NCBI GenBank assembly: GCA_002344125.1
Contig: DDTQ01000006.1
Location: 275,581-339,580 of the forward strand
Length of the DNA: 64,000 bases
Source: Ignavibacteria bacterium UBA2360
GTDB taxonomy: Bacteria > Bacteroidota > Ignavibacteria > Tepidaquicellales > OLB5
Direction: 5' to 3'
Under the pieces are notes generated by a model. The model was given only the letters and a program-made list of their open reading frames with translations, ran no database searches and was not told the DNA's origin. A program made the position numbers and the translations under genes. Below, piece by piece: positions 18,328 through 28,982 of the stretch; the first letter of the stretch is position 1, and each line of letters starts with the position of its first letter.

Positions 18328-20219
18328 ATTACTTCTATTTAATTACGGTTTTACCTCTGGTTGGATTCCTTATAAACGGACTTTTTGGCGCTAAGATCAA
18401 AAATGAAAAAGTATCAGGAATTATAGGCTCACTGATGGTATTGGGTTCGTTCATAATTACGGTTATGGCATACCTGCATATCACCTCACTTCCTGAAAAT
18501 TCCAGGACAATAACCATTCCCCTATTTAACTGGATAACAACAGGTTCACTTAACATCAGCGCGGCATATCTGGTTGATCCGCTCTCGGTAACAATGTGTC
18601 TCATAATTACCGGTGTCGGATTTTTGATCCATATTTATTCGATCGGTTACATGCATGGTGATAAAGGATTCGCGAGATTCTTTGCATTCTTAAACCTCTT
18701 CTTATTCGCAATGCTTAACCTGGTTCTCGGCGATAACATGCTGCTGATGTTCCTTGGCTGGGAAGGCGTTGGTTTATGTTCATACCTGCTTATCGGTTTC
18801 TTTTATGAAAAGAAATTCGCGGGCGATGCTGCCAATAAAGCTTTTTGGGTAAACCGTATTGGTGATTTTGGCTTCATGATAGCCATGTTCTTCATCTTCA
18901 CAAGTTTTGGAACTCTCAATTTTCTTGGTATAAATACTGCAATAGCAACCGCGGCGGTACCGGTTTCTATGTTCACAATAATTACTTTAATGTTGTTTGT
19001 TGGCGCAACGGGTAAATCCGCGCAGATACCGCTTTATGTCTGGCTCCCGGACGCTATGGCGGGTCCGACCCCTGTATCAGCGCTCATTCACGCCGCAACG
19101 ATGGTAACAGCCGGCGTATATATGATTGGCAGGACTTCCCTGCTGTTTGCGCACGCGCCAATAACAATGGAAGTTGTAATGATAATCGGCTGTCTTACAG
19201 CCTTTATGGCGGCAACAATTGCAGTCGCGCAAAACGATATTAAAAAGATCCTCGCATATTCAACAGTTAGTCAATTAGGCTTTATGTTCATGGCGATGGG
19301 CGCCGGCGCGTTTTCAACGGGTATATTCCATGTTACAACCCACGCGTTTTTTAAAGCGCTTATGTTCCTCGGAGCCGGCGCGGTTATTCACGGAATGCAC
19401 GATGAACAGGATGTAACAAAAATGGGCGGCCTGAAAAATAAAATGAAAATTACATTCCTTACCTTCTTAATGGGCGGAATTGCAATTTCAGGTATTCCCC
19501 CGTTCAGCGGATTTTTCAGCAAAGACGAAATTCTCGCGAAGCTGTTCTTCGGCGGTCATTATGCAGTATTCGGCATTGCCGTACTCACGGCGTTTATGAC
19601 AGCATTTTACGTGTGGCGACTAATAAGCTTAACGTTCTACGGTAAACCGAGATACGATGAATCCCACGTTCACCCGCATGAATCACCCGCATTAATGACA
19701 GTACCGCTGATAATTCTCGCGATACTTTCTGTAGTGGGCGGCTTCATAGGCATTCCGCATATAATCGGTCCGAACCTGATAGAACACTGGCTGGAGCCTG
19801 TATTCGCTCCCGCTTTAGCCATACTGCCTGAGCATCATGTTGTGGTTTCAACTGAAATTGGATTGATCGTAACTTCAGTACTGGTTGCAGTTATAGCAAT
19901 TATAATTTCGCTTAAGATGTTTAAGTCCGGCGAAAGACTCGATGCCTTTTCAGGCGGATTCTACAACCTGCTTCGCGATAAGTACAGAGTTGATGAGCTT
20001 TACAATAAGATAATAATTGCGCCATTAATGTGGCTAACTGAAATTTTTTATAAGATACTTGATGTAAAGATCATAGATGGTGCTGTAAACGGTACGGCAA
20101 AATTCTTCAACAGCCTTTCACTCGATTGGCGAAAGCTGCAAACAGGTATAATTCAGGATTACGCGGTATTTTCAGTTGCGGGTATAGTAGCTATATTGTT
20201 ATACATCCTGCTGCGATAA
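18321..20219 (+). CDS. nuoL: NADH-quinone oxidoreductase subunit L
   Basis: [59 protein letters not shown] and [10 protein letters not shown] motifs. Confidence 0.96.
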   Translation: MVDYFYLITVLPLVGFLINGLFGAKIKNEKVSGIIGSLMVLGSFIITVMAYLHITSLPENSRTITIPLFNWITTGSLNISAAYLVDPLSVTMCLIITGVGFLIHIYSIGYMHGDKGFARFFAFLNLFLFAMLNLVLGDNMLLMFLGWEGVGLCSYLLIGFFYEKKFAGDAANKAFWVNRIGDFGFMIAMFFIFTSFGTLNFLGINTAIATAAVPVSMFTIITLMLFVGATGKSAQIPLYVWLPDAMAGPTPVSALIHAATMVTAGVYMIGRTSLLFAHAPITMEVVMIIGCLTAFMAATIAVAQNDIKKILAYSTVSQLGFMFMAMGAGAFSTGIFHVTTHAFFKALMFLGAGAVIHGMHDEQDVTKMGGLKNKMKITFLTFLMGGIAISGIPPFSGFFSKDEILAKLFFGGHYAVFGIAVLTAFMTAFYVWRLISLTFYGKPRYDESHVHPHESPALMTVPLIILAILSVVGGFIGIPHIIGPNLIEHWLEPVFAPALAILPEHHVVVSTEIGLIVTSVLVAVIAIIISLKMFKSGERLDAFSGGFYNLLRDKYRVDELYNKIIIAPLMWLTEIFYKILDVKIIDGAVNGTAKFFNSLSLDWRKLQTGIIQDYAVFSVAGIVAILLYILLR

Positions 20220-20276
20220 ATTAAAATAGAATATACTTTAGATATCAGTTTTTTGAACGGATATTTAGAGGAGGAG

Positions 20277-20310
20277 AAAAGGGATAGGTTGAATAAACTT
20301 ATCCTTTTTT
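20277..20310. terminator. Terminator between convergent nuoL and the HAD gene
   Basis: AAAAGGGATAGG...CTTATCCTTTTTT imperfect stem with A/T tracts. Confidence 0.6.
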
Positions 20311-20351
20311 ATTTACTGCAGGTTTCTGTTTATTAACGCTTCGCATGATTT

Positions 20352-21002
20352 TTAGTTGGGGAAAAATATTTCAGTAAGTTCCCTGGTGTTTGCCGCCATG
20401 AATACCGGCTCCAGTTTAGCAAGTTCATCCACGCTTCCATATCCATACGTAACAGCAATTGAATCGATTCCGTTTACTTTTGCGCCGTTTATATCATGGT
20501 ACCTGTCCCCTATCATTACACACTCACTTTTGATCAGCCCGTTCATTAAAATTGCATCCGCAATCAGCTTATCCTTCGGTTTATTATCCGCTGACATATC
20601 TGAGCCGTGAATACTGTTGAAGTATTCCTTAAGGTTGAAATGATCAAGAACAGTAATCGCGAACTGAAGCGGCTTTGAGGTTGCAATATAAAGCCTGAAA
20701 CCGCTATCATGCAGTTTATGGATAAGCTCATCCATTCCCGGGTAAACTGTGTTTTCAAACAGACCCGTTTCCGCATAATGCTCCCTGAAATGTTTTACGG
20801 CAATGTCAGAATCAGCTGTACTCATATTATGCCGTTCGGTATAATATGCCCGCAAGGGCGAACCTATATAGCTTCGCAGCATGTCAATATCATTTTCTGC
20901 CAGATCAATTCTGGTTAGAGAGTGGAGATAAGAGTTAATTATTCCCGGGCTTGAATCAGTAATAGTCCCGTCAAGATCGAAGAGGATATTTTTATATTTC
21001 AC
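20352..21002 (-). CDS. HAD-IA family phosphatase
   Basis: FDLDGTITDS, ATSK, KPK and MIGDRYHDI motifs; the GTG start overlaps the upstream TAG by 1 nt. Confidence 0.92.
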   Translation of the reverse strand: MKYKNILFDLDGTITDSSPGIINSYLHSLTRIDLAENDIDMLRSYIGSPLRAYYTERHNMSTADSDIAVKHFREHYAETGLFENTVYPGMDELIHKLHDSGFRLYIATSKPLQFAITVLDHFNLKEYFNSIHGSDMSADNKPKDKLIADAILMNGLIKSECVMIGDRYHDINGAKVNGIDSIAVTYGYGSVDELAKLEPVFMAANTRELTEIFFPN

Positions 21003-22087
21003 TATTTGGTGTTTAGTTTTAGTTCTGCCGCCCGTTTCTTTTCAGCTTTGGTTAAAAACGCTACTGCAATTAATATAAAGCCGAGCGTTATCCAGTCTTC
21101 AGTAACGGGATATTTCCCGCCAAATACAATCGCAAACAGCAGCGTAGCTGCCGTTCCGGCTATAAGTGAGGTTAATCGGTTAACCAGACCCGCAAATGTA
21201 GCCGTTCTTCCTTTGAACATGAATATGAAAACAGAAAAGAACGCCAGCAATCCAAATGCTAGCCCTGATATCATTGCCCATCCCCATAAGCTGTCAGGTG
21301 CAGTGAATGCCTCACGGAACTGAACGATCTGCGTCAGGTCCCACCCGAAAAGATCAGTCGCGTTGAATAAAATGATCCCGCCGATCAACATCGAAAGCGT
21401 TGCTGCTATCTGCTCAATAGCGAAGAAGGCTTTGTTATCCTGCTTAACGCCTTTACCGCGGGTGTTTTTGTAGTAATTCATTATGTAAATTCGAATGGAA
21501 TACGCTATAAGATATGCTGTTAATATAGACATTGCGGCGGTAGAACCCACAAAATCAAAACTGCCGGGTTTAAGATTGACCAGATTGGCTGCTACTGCGA
21601 TAACAGCGAACATAACAGCAACATTCTCTTCCCAATAGACACGTTTTGTCAGAATGCCCTGCTTTATCTGTATAGCGTCAATTATCCTGCTGATAACAAT
21701 TATACTCCCCCGCATAATCACCATCGCAACCATAACACTAATAGGAAGTGTGTACATAAGTGTGGTTGTTGGAATTACAACTGCGGTACATACGCCCGAA
21801 GGTATTATGTAAAGCAGCTCTGATGGTATCTTCATACCCATAAAGTTCGCGTATGAATTAGATGCCATTCTGTACCATCTGAATAACAATACTACAACCA
21901 GTGCGAGCAGATTGCCGCCAATTGTATTATAAACAAGATAGTTGATCTCCAGCATACCGGGGAATCCCTGTTCGGGACTTCCAAGGAAATACTTTACAGA
22001 AACGCCGGTTATTACATATAACACAAAATATCCGATACAGAACTGTATCAGCTGCCGTGAACTGCCTTCTTCTGATTTAAATATCAT
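21002..22087 (-). CDS. Uncharacterised polytopic membrane protein (about 10 TM, DMT-superfamily-like)
   Basis: Hydrophobic pattern by eye in two halves; coupled between the MFS and HAD genes. The family assignment is inference. Confidence 0.6.
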   Translation of the reverse strand: MIFKSEEGSSRQLIQFCIGYFVLYVITGVSVKYFLGSPEQGFPGMLEINYLVYNTIGGNLLALVVVLLFRWYRMASNSYANFMGMKIPSELLYIIPSGVCTAVVIPTTTLMYTLPISVMVAMVIMRGSIIVISRIIDAIQIKQGILTKRVYWEENVAVMFAVIAVAANLVNLKPGSFDFVGSTAAMSILTAYLIAYSIRIYIMNYYKNTRGKGVKQDNKAFFAIEQIAATLSMLIGGIILFNATDLFGWDLTQIVQFREAFTAPDSLWGWAMISGLAFGLLAFFSVFIFMFKGRTATFAGLVNRLTSLIAGTAATLLFAIVFGGKYPVTEDWITLGFILIAVAFLTKAEKKRAAELKLNTK

Positions 22088-22098
22088 TTTTCATTATT

Positions 22099-23406
22099 TT
22101 AATGTCCGCCTCTGCCGGGTCTGGCATTCCATAATTTAAGCATTAATATTGCTCCTATAACCGAAAATCCTATCATACTGGGTCCCCATGAACCCCAACC
22201 GTAAGTTTCAATAAGCCAGCCGGCCCCCACACCCATTACTGAACCGCCTACATACTGCATACCATCAAACATGCCGGCAGCTGTTGCTGCTGCGCGTTTA
22301 CCCCCAAAATCCATAGATGCCGTGCCCGAGAGCATTGAGTGCACCATTGAAATGGCCAGCGAATTAAGCGTGAATGCAATAATAATTGCTTCAAGGCTTG
22401 GCGCTAAGGCCACTATTGTTAAAGAGATTATCTGAATTACATAACCTAAAAATGCCACAGGCGGCCTGCGGGATTTAAACACTTTATCAGACATGAAACC
22501 TGCAATAAATGCGCCCGCAATTCCGGCAATTACCACCGCAAAAGCGTTTCGCTGGAAAACCGGACTCGAAAGTTCCAAATGATGGACTTCCTGCATATAT
22601 CTGGGGAACCACTCTTCAAACCCTTTTCTTACCAATCCTGTGCAAAATTCAGCAATTGCTATTGTTATGGCTATTGGATTGGTAAATACCTTCTTGGCTA
22701 CATAAGCAAGCGTGATCTTCTCGGTATCCCCGCTGGTAGCGTCCTGCGGATCAAAATCACCTAATCCTGCATCCTTTGGGGTATCTTTTACAAACATAAA
22801 TGTTAAAATTGTAAAAACTCCAACTATCATTGCCGGTAAGAAGAATTTCCATTGCCACGGGAGACCCGCAACAAGGGCAGTTGTCATCAATGCGTAAACA
22901 GCAAACCTGCCGCTTTGAATCATAGAGCCGAATATTGCTGAAAATACTCCTCTTTCCGTTACGTGGAACCATCCGGCATTAACTTTTATAAGCGCTAATG
23001 CGCTGTAAGACTGGAAATATTGGTTCAGGGTCCACATACTTGCCAGGTAGATCAGCATAAAAGTGCCTGTACCTAAAAATCCAAGGTAAGCCGCCAAACC
23101 GAAAGCAACATTAAATACACAGGCGCCTGCAGCGCCCACTATCATTGCCTTCCTGCCGCCCCATCTATCGGCAATTGGCCCGTTGAAAATTGCTGAAAGT
23201 CCGTATAATAAGGTACTTATTGTTATGATTGTACCGATCTCAGTCTTGGAAAATCCAAATGTATCACTCAGCTGCTTGTTTGCGAACCCGAAGTTGTATC
23301 TTGCCATGTACATGGCTGCATAGGTTAGCCCAAGTGTCATCCAGTTAACTCCCCGTCTTTTTTTGAATGCGGGTGAATGTACCGGTTTCTCTAATAACTT
23401 ATCCAT
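22099..23406 (-). CDS. MFS transporter, GlpT/UhpC (organophosphate:Pi antiporter)-like
   Basis: YAAMYMARYNF, GPIADRWGGRK, NAGWFHVTERG, AGFMSDKVFKSRRPP and AAGMFDGMQY motifs; start re-called to ATG 23406. Confidence 0.85.
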   Translation of the reverse strand: MDKLLEKPVHSPAFKKRRGVNWMTLGLTYAAMYMARYNFGFANKQLSDTFGFSKTEIGTIITISTLLYGLSAIFNGPIADRWGGRKAMIVGAAGACVFNVAFGLAAYLGFLGTGTFMLIYLASMWTLNQYFQSYSALALIKVNAGWFHVTERGVFSAIFGSMIQSGRFAVYALMTTALVAGLPWQWKFFLPAMIVGVFTILTFMFVKDTPKDAGLGDFDPQDATSGDTEKITLAYVAKKVFTNPIAITIAIAEFCTGLVRKGFEEWFPRYMQEVHHLELSSPVFQRNAFAVVIAGIAGAFIAGFMSDKVFKSRRPPVAFLGYVIQIISLTIVALAPSLEAIIIAFTLNSLAISMVHSMLSGTASMDFGGKRAAATAAGMFDGMQYVGGSVMGVGAGWLIETYGWGSWGPSMIGFSVIGAILMLKLWNARPGRGGH

Positions 23407-23519
23407 AGTATTTGCAGTAACAGATTTATTTTGAGATTGAGTTAAATGTAAACAACTATTATTATTATAAAATGTTTGGAGTTGATCTCCAAATATAAAC
23501 AAAAACTTAAACAAATTTA

Positions 23520-24269
23520 ATGCTAGTAATAGGAAGAAATCCGGTAATAGAAACCCTGAAGTTTGCTCCGCAAACTATAGAAAAAATTATTTTACTGAAC
23601 ACCGTAAACGATAATAAAATAAGAGAAATAGAAAACTCAGCTAAATCAAAAAATATTACCGTTGAAAAGCAGTCAAAAGCTTACTTTGAAAAGTTACTCG
23701 ATAAGAACGATAAATCTGAAGGCATCTCCCAGGGAATATTCGCGGAGGTCAAAGATTTTGAATATACAAAAACCACTGAAATTCTTAAATCGCTGAATGA
23801 AAAGCAAAAAACCACATTGATAATCCTTGATGAAATACAGGATCCCCATAACTTTGGCGCAATAATCAGAACGGCGGTTTCCGCCGGTGCGGACGGAATA
23901 ATAATTTCCGACAAAAATTCCGTAAAAGTGAACCATACAGTGATAAAAACATCTTCGGGTGCCACCAACTACATCAAAATCTCGAAAGAACCGAATATTT
24001 ACAAGACCATTGAGGTTTTACAGGAAAACAACTACAAAATTATAGCTACAGTGTTAAAAACTGATGAAGATATCTATAATTTTATTTTCCCTGATAAATG
24101 CGCTCTGGTTTTTGGAAGCGAAGGCGAAGGTTTACGGAAAAATATTATAAATCTGTGTGATAACCTTGTGAAGATACCTATGATAGGGAAAATGGATTCC
24201 TTGAATGTTTCAGTCTCAGCAGGGGTATTTTTATATGAAATATTAAGGCAAAGAGCGTTTAAGAGCTGA
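23520..24269 (+). CDS. rlmB: 23S rRNA (Gm2251) 2'-O-methyltransferase, SpoU/TrmH family
   Basis: GRNPVIE, LDEIQDPHNFGAIIRT, FGSEGEGL and IPMIGKMDSLNVSVSAG motifs. Confidence 0.93.
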   Translation: MLVIGRNPVIETLKFAPQTIEKIILLNTVNDNKIREIENSAKSKNITVEKQSKAYFEKLLDKNDKSEGISQGIFAEVKDFEYTKTTEILKSLNEKQKTTLIILDEIQDPHNFGAIIRTAVSAGADGIIISDKNSVKVNHTVIKTSSGATNYIKISKEPNIYKTIEVLQENNYKIIATVLKTDEDIYNFIFPDKCALVFGSEGEGLRKNIINLCDNLVKIPMIGKMDSLNVSVSAGVFLYEILRQRAFKS

Positions 24270-24273
24270 TTAC

Positions 24274-24618
24274 TCAACCAGGTTTGATAGAATCATCTTC
24301 GGTATTGCCGAAATCCGGGTCTTCCCCATCGAGCAGGTGAGACCAGTCCTCATTCAGCATTGCAATTGCCCTCGTCTCATCTGAGCTTTTTACGTAAATC
24401 AATATAGGAATACCCGTTGATGCCTTGCCTATGATCCGGCTACCGAGTTCATCTGAGAGCGTATCGGCTTTGTTTTTTGTTTCGTATTGGATCTCTCTAT
24501 CACGAAGCAAAGCTTCTATCAATTCTGATTCCATGTAGTCATAGGTTTCACAAAGCACCGTCCAATCCTGCCTCTCTGAACTTTCCCCCGTATTTTCCAT
24601 ATCAAAACTCAATGTCAT
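24274..24618 (-). CDS. Small DUF2007-like hypothetical protein
   Basis: W..L...Y..ME.E.I..LL.D..I pattern and IYV...D...A; ATGA overlap with the upstream gene. Confidence 0.65.
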   Translation of the reverse strand: MTLSFDMENTGESSERQDWTVLCETYDYMESELIEALLRDREIQYETKNKADTLSDELGSRIIGKASTGIPILIYVKSSDETRAIAMLNEDWSHLLDGEDPDFGNTEDDSIKPG

Positions 24619-25979
24619 TTAATAAGTACCATTTTTTTCGATGAAAAGTAATCGCCTGCCTGCAAAGTATAGAAGTAAATTCCGCTTGGCAGCTGCGCAG
24701 CGTTGAAACTTACGGTTCTATCCCCTGCTCTCTGATATGAATCGGCTAATTTACTTACCAGCTTACCTGTGATATCGTAAACATTGATCTTAACATACGT
24801 ATTTTCGGGTAGTGAATAACTTATCTTTGTAACAGGATTAAACGGATTTGGATAGTTTTGTTTCAACTCAAACCCTGAAGGAACTTCACTGCCGTTTGAG
24901 CTTATTGCAATAGGTCCAACTGAGCTCCTGAGCACATATAAGCCGGTTGACCTGTCAGAAGCAGCTATCTTGCCGCTTGGGAACATATATACCCCCCAGC
25001 AGCCGTCATATGTGAAACCGTTGTTTTGAGGATAGGTATCATACCATGCGATTTCTATTGGTTGAGCAGGATTTGAGATATCAAGAAGCCTTACACCACA
25101 GGTGTAATGCGCTACAAGCGCATAGTTACCGTATATTTCGACGTTATGCACTATAGAAGAATCAATATCTGCCGGCTGCCAATCGGCAACAAGCAGCGGA
25201 TTCATAATATCTTCAACATCCCATACCTTCAGCAGCCTGGGAAAGCCGCCTATCTCATCGGTAACATAAAGATGATTCCCATTTTCTGTAATTGCAGTAT
25301 TGTGCGGGCCCGGAAGCGGAACGTTTAGCCACCTGTTAATTGTCCGCATACTGTCTTTATCAACGGCATCAATTGCGTAAATATAGCCGTCAAAAATGGC
25401 CGCAGCCCATATGGTATCATTCACAACGCGGCAGTCATGTATATAATTCACATACCAATCACCCCGTTTTACGGGATTCACCGGGTCAGCGGATACATCA
25501 AAAATGAATATTCCCCCGCCGTTGTAGTCTCCGCCGTTTAAATACAAATACGGACCCTCCTGTGAAATAGTATGTGTCCTGGCGTAGCCGCCAAAGGTGA
25601 TAGTATTTACCAAAGAAACAGAATCCGGAAGGTACTGAAGATCAACCACCTGCAGACCACTGCCGTATGCTTCTGAAACAATGTAGGCATAGTGACCGAA
25701 AGTCTTGAACTCCCGCCAAAGTGAGGTTAACCCCTGTACAAACCCTGATTCAGTTACATTATTTGTATCAGTAATATTGTAAAACGCAGTTCCATCAGCA
25801 CACCCAAGTATGGCATATTCTTTCCCGTCGGGAGCCGTGTATCCCCAGATCGCGGAATAGTAATTGGTGAAATGCTCGTTCTTATTCGCGATCAATCGCA
25901 TATTGCTGTTCGGCAATTGCGAAAATACAGGCAATGAAATGATAATGAGGACTAATACAACCTTTAAAGTAATTTTCAT
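24615..25979 (-). CDS. Choice-of-anchor B (LVIVD-repeat) protein with T9SS CTD, paralog 3
   Basis: IWGYTAPDGKEYA, WREFK, HDC/PHN/VHN/AHY propeller motifs, CWGVY and QNYPNPFNP. Confidence 0.85.
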   Translation of the reverse strand: MKITLKVVLVLIIISLPVFSQLPNSNMRLIANKNEHFTNYYSAIWGYTAPDGKEYAILGCADGTAFYNITDTNNVTESGFVQGLTSLWREFKTFGHYAYIVSEAYGSGLQVVDLQYLPDSVSLVNTITFGGYARTHTISQEGPYLYLNGGDYNGGGIFIFDVSADPVNPVKRGDWYVNYIHDCRVVNDTIWAAAIFDGYIYAIDAVDKDSMRTINRWLNVPLPGPHNTAITENGNHLYVTDEIGGFPRLLKVWDVEDIMNPLLVADWQPADIDSSIVHNVEIYGNYALVAHYTCGVRLLDISNPAQPIEIAWYDTYPQNNGFTYDGCWGVYMFPSGKIAASDRSTGLYVLRSSVGPIAISSNGSEVPSGFELKQNYPNPFNPVTKISYSLPENTYVKINVYDITGKLVSKLADSYQRAGDRTVSFNAAQLPSGIYFYTLQAGDYFSSKKMVLIK

Positions 25980-26034
25980 ATTCCAAGTTAATTATCTGAA
26001 TACACAAAAACAATAACACATTATATCAATAAAA

Positions 26035-26060
26035 AAAGCCCGCTTTTATAAGCGGGCTTT
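26035..26060 (-). terminator. Terminator between paralogs 2 and 3
   Basis: AAAGCCCGCTT-TTAT-AAGCGGGCTTT perfect stem with an A-tract on the plus strand. Confidence 0.8.
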
Positions 26061-26079
26061 AAAAGAACTGAACAAGTAT

Positions 26080-27474
26080 CTACTTGCTTAACACTAATTT
26101 TTTTGTATCTCTAAAACCCTCATTTGTAACAAGTGAATAGAAATAAATACCGCTTGAAAGTCTTGCAGCGTCAAAATTGACTTTGTATGAACCCGCAATC
26201 TTAAATTCATCAGCAAGCAGCGCAACTTCTCTGCCAACGACATCGTACATTTTTAATGTAACGTAAGTTGATTTCGGAATATTATATTCGATCGTTGTTG
26301 AAGGATTGAACGGGTTTGGATAATTCTGCTTAAGCGAAAATCCCGCAGGAATGGTTTCATTGCCGGCAAGACCTGTGATATTACTGCCGACTTTTATCAC
26401 GAACAATCCGCCTGACATATCAGACCCGATGATTTTGCCTGATGAAGGGAACATAAAAACTCCCCAGCAGCCGGCAAACTGAGCAGAGTTGCTCGATGGA
26501 TATGTATCGTACCAAGCAATTTCTGTTGGTGCCTGCGGATTAGAAATATCCAGTATCCTTATACCTGCAGTATAATGAGCAACTACTGCAAGATTATTGT
26601 AGATCTCAACATTATGAACAATTGCTGTTGTAATATTAGTTGGCTGCCATGAAGTTACCAAAGTAACATTATTAAGGTCTGACTTATTCCAAACCTTAAG
26701 TTTACCGTTAGGTGCCGAAGTCTCGTCTGTGGTGTATATAAATCTCCTGTCGTTTGGAATAGCGCAGTTATGCGGGAACGGATTGGGATTATTTACCCAA
26801 CTCCCTATGCTTACGAGATTATCTTTATTTGCCGCGTTAATCACAGAAATTGTTCCCGGCGGATCGTAAATATTACATGCATAAATGGTATCATTTAGTA
26901 CGCGTGAGTCATGAACATAAAAATTTGACCATGATCCACGCTTAACAGGTGACTGCGGATTGGTAATATCCAGAATTGTAATTCCGCCCTGATCTGAACC
27001 GCCAAAAGTATTATCACCACCATGAAGATAAATATATGGACCTGATTGAGAAATTGAATGTGTTTTGCTGTAATTTGTGTATGAATAAGTCGCTACAAGG
27101 CTTACGGAATCAGGTAAATACTGCAATGCTATTATCTGAAGCCTGCTGTTCGTACCTTCTGAAACAACATATGCGTAGCTTGAAAATACTTTCATTTCGC
27201 GCCACCCGGATTGAACCCCCGGCACAAAATCGACTTCATGTATATTTGCAGTATCGGTGATATCGTAGAATGCTGTTCCTGTGTTACAGCCCAAAATGGC
27301 GTACTCTCTGCCGTTCGGTCCGGCATATCCCCACAAGGCGGAATAGCCGTTACCATGATCATCCTTCTGTGCAAGAAGTGTTGTGTTCTGATTCGGAAGC
27401 TGAGAATAAACTGAAACAGATCCGAAGAAAACAAATATTACAAGGACTAAAACAATTCTAAACTTATTTTTCAT
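26080..27474 (-). CDS. Choice-of-anchor B protein with T9SS CTD, paralog 2
   Basis: LWGYAGPNGREYA, WREMK, VHD/PHN/VHN/AHY, CWGVF and QNYPNPFNP. Confidence 0.85.
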   Translation of the reverse strand: MKNKFRIVLVLVIFVFFGSVSVYSQLPNQNTTLLAQKDDHGNGYSALWGYAGPNGREYAILGCNTGTAFYDITDTANIHEVDFVPGVQSGWREMKVFSSYAYVVSEGTNSRLQIIALQYLPDSVSLVATYSYTNYSKTHSISQSGPYIYLHGGDNTFGGSDQGGITILDITNPQSPVKRGSWSNFYVHDSRVLNDTIYACNIYDPPGTISVINAANKDNLVSIGSWVNNPNPFPHNCAIPNDRRFIYTTDETSAPNGKLKVWNKSDLNNVTLVTSWQPTNITTAIVHNVEIYNNLAVVAHYTAGIRILDISNPQAPTEIAWYDTYPSSNSAQFAGCWGVFMFPSSGKIIGSDMSGGLFVIKVGSNITGLAGNETIPAGFSLKQNYPNPFNPSTTIEYNIPKSTYVTLKMYDVVGREVALLADEFKIAGSYKVNFDAARLSSGIYFYSLVTNEGFRDTKKLVLSK

Positions 27475-27477
27475 TCT

Positions 27478-28878
27478 TTATTTGTTTAAGATCATTTTTT
27501 TAGTTTCTGAAAAACCTTTATCCGTGGTTAACGTGTAGAAATAAATTCCGCTTGAAAGCCTGCCGCCATCAAAACTTATTTTGTGCGCGCCTGCGTTCCT
27601 GTACTCATCAGCAAGCAATGCTACCTGTCTTCCGAGGATATCAGTTACTTTTAATGTAACGTGACCTGAGGCTTTCAGATTGAAATCGATATATGTTGTA
27701 GGGTTAAAGGGATTTGGATAATTCTGTTTTAACTCAAATTTCTCAGGAGTTCCATTTTCCGGATCATTAATGCCAACCAATGGAATTGTAGGCTTTACTA
27801 CATAGAGACCGGTCTGTCTGTCAGACCCGATTATTTTGCCTGATGGGAACATATAAACACCCCAGCAGCCATTATATGTGTTATTGTTGTTTGATGGGTA
27901 TGTATCATACCACGCAACTTCTGTTGGTGCAACCGGATTTGATATATTCAGCAGTCTAATTCCCGCTGTGTAATGAGCAACTAACGCATAGTTGCCGTAA
28001 ATTTCTACATTGTGTACAATTGAATTCGTTATTCCTGTAGGCTGCCAGTTTGCAACAAATGTAACGTTTGATAAATTTGAAATATTCCATATCTTAAGCT
28101 TACCCGGGGGTGTAGATGTTTCATCGGTTGTATAGATATAAGTTCTGCCCGGTGTTAAAGCCGCATTATGCGGAAACGGGTTTGGATTATTAACCCATGA
28201 AGCTATTGTTGTTAGATTATCTTTGTTTGAAGCATTAATAACTGTAACAGTTCCCGGTGGATCATAAATATTACACGCGTAAATAGTGTCATTTCTAACC
28301 CTGCTATCGTGTACGTATTCAGTATTCCAACCCCCTCTTTTAACCGGTGAAATTGGATTAGTGAGATCCACAACTGTGACACCCTGACCAAAACTCGAAT
28401 TACAGCCGTGTAAATATAAATACGGGCCATCCTGAGAAATTGAATGTGTGGTAGTATGTCCGGCCATGTTTGATGTGCCAACCAGGCTGACCGATGCAGG
28501 CAGATTGGCAAGATTAATTATCTGTATTTTGCTGTTATTAGCTTCTGATACTACATAAGCATAATTTGAAAATACTTTCATTTCACGCCAGTTGCTTGTT
28601 GGTCCGGTAATAAAACCTACTTCAACAATATTCGCAGAATCCGTAACATCAAAAAAAGCAGTGCCCGTTGCACAGCCTAATATTGCATATTCCCGCCCGT
28701 TTGGAGCCACATAACCCCAAAGCGCTGAATACAGATTACCGCCTGTGCCGGGGTGAGTATTCCTGTTAGCTAATAAAGTCATATTACTATTGCCAAGCTG
28801 AGCGAAAATATTGTTGCCGGAGAGAGCAAATAGTGAGAGCATCAGTAATAAAGCCAGAAAGTATTTCTTCAATTTCAT
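27478..28878 (-). CDS. Choice-of-anchor B protein with T9SS CTD, paralog 1
   Basis: LWGYVAPNGREYA, WREMK, VHD/PHN/VHN/AHY, CWGVY and QNYPNPFNP. Confidence 0.85.
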   Translation of the reverse strand: MKLKKYFLALLLMLSLFALSGNNIFAQLGNSNMTLLANRNTHPGTGGNLYSALWGYVAPNGREYAILGCATGTAFFDVTDSANIVEVGFITGPTSNWREMKVFSNYAYVVSEANNSKIQIINLANLPASVSLVGTSNMAGHTTTHSISQDGPYLYLHGCNSSFGQGVTVVDLTNPISPVKRGGWNTEYVHDSRVRNDTIYACNIYDPPGTVTVINASNKDNLTTIASWVNNPNPFPHNAALTPGRTYIYTTDETSTPPGKLKIWNISNLSNVTFVANWQPTGITNSIVHNVEIYGNYALVAHYTAGIRLLNISNPVAPTEVAWYDTYPSNNNNTYNGCWGVYMFPSGKIIGSDRQTGLYVVKPTIPLVGINDPENGTPEKFELKQNYPNPFNPTTYIDFNLKASGHVTLKVTDILGRQVALLADEYRNAGAHKISFDGGRLSSGIYFYTLTTDKGFSETKKMILNK

Positions 28879-28982
28879 TTTAATGATTATTTTATAAAAT
28901 TTTTGTTAGAATCAGACGTGATTATAGGAAAATATGTTGTAACAAGCAATATGCAATATATTGCCTATATTAGTCATATTTA

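Noticed and set aside
28953-28964. GCAATATATTGC palindrome as an operator for the choice-of-anchor-B cluster
   Set aside because: A single AT-rich 12-mer with no convincing second copy in the window.
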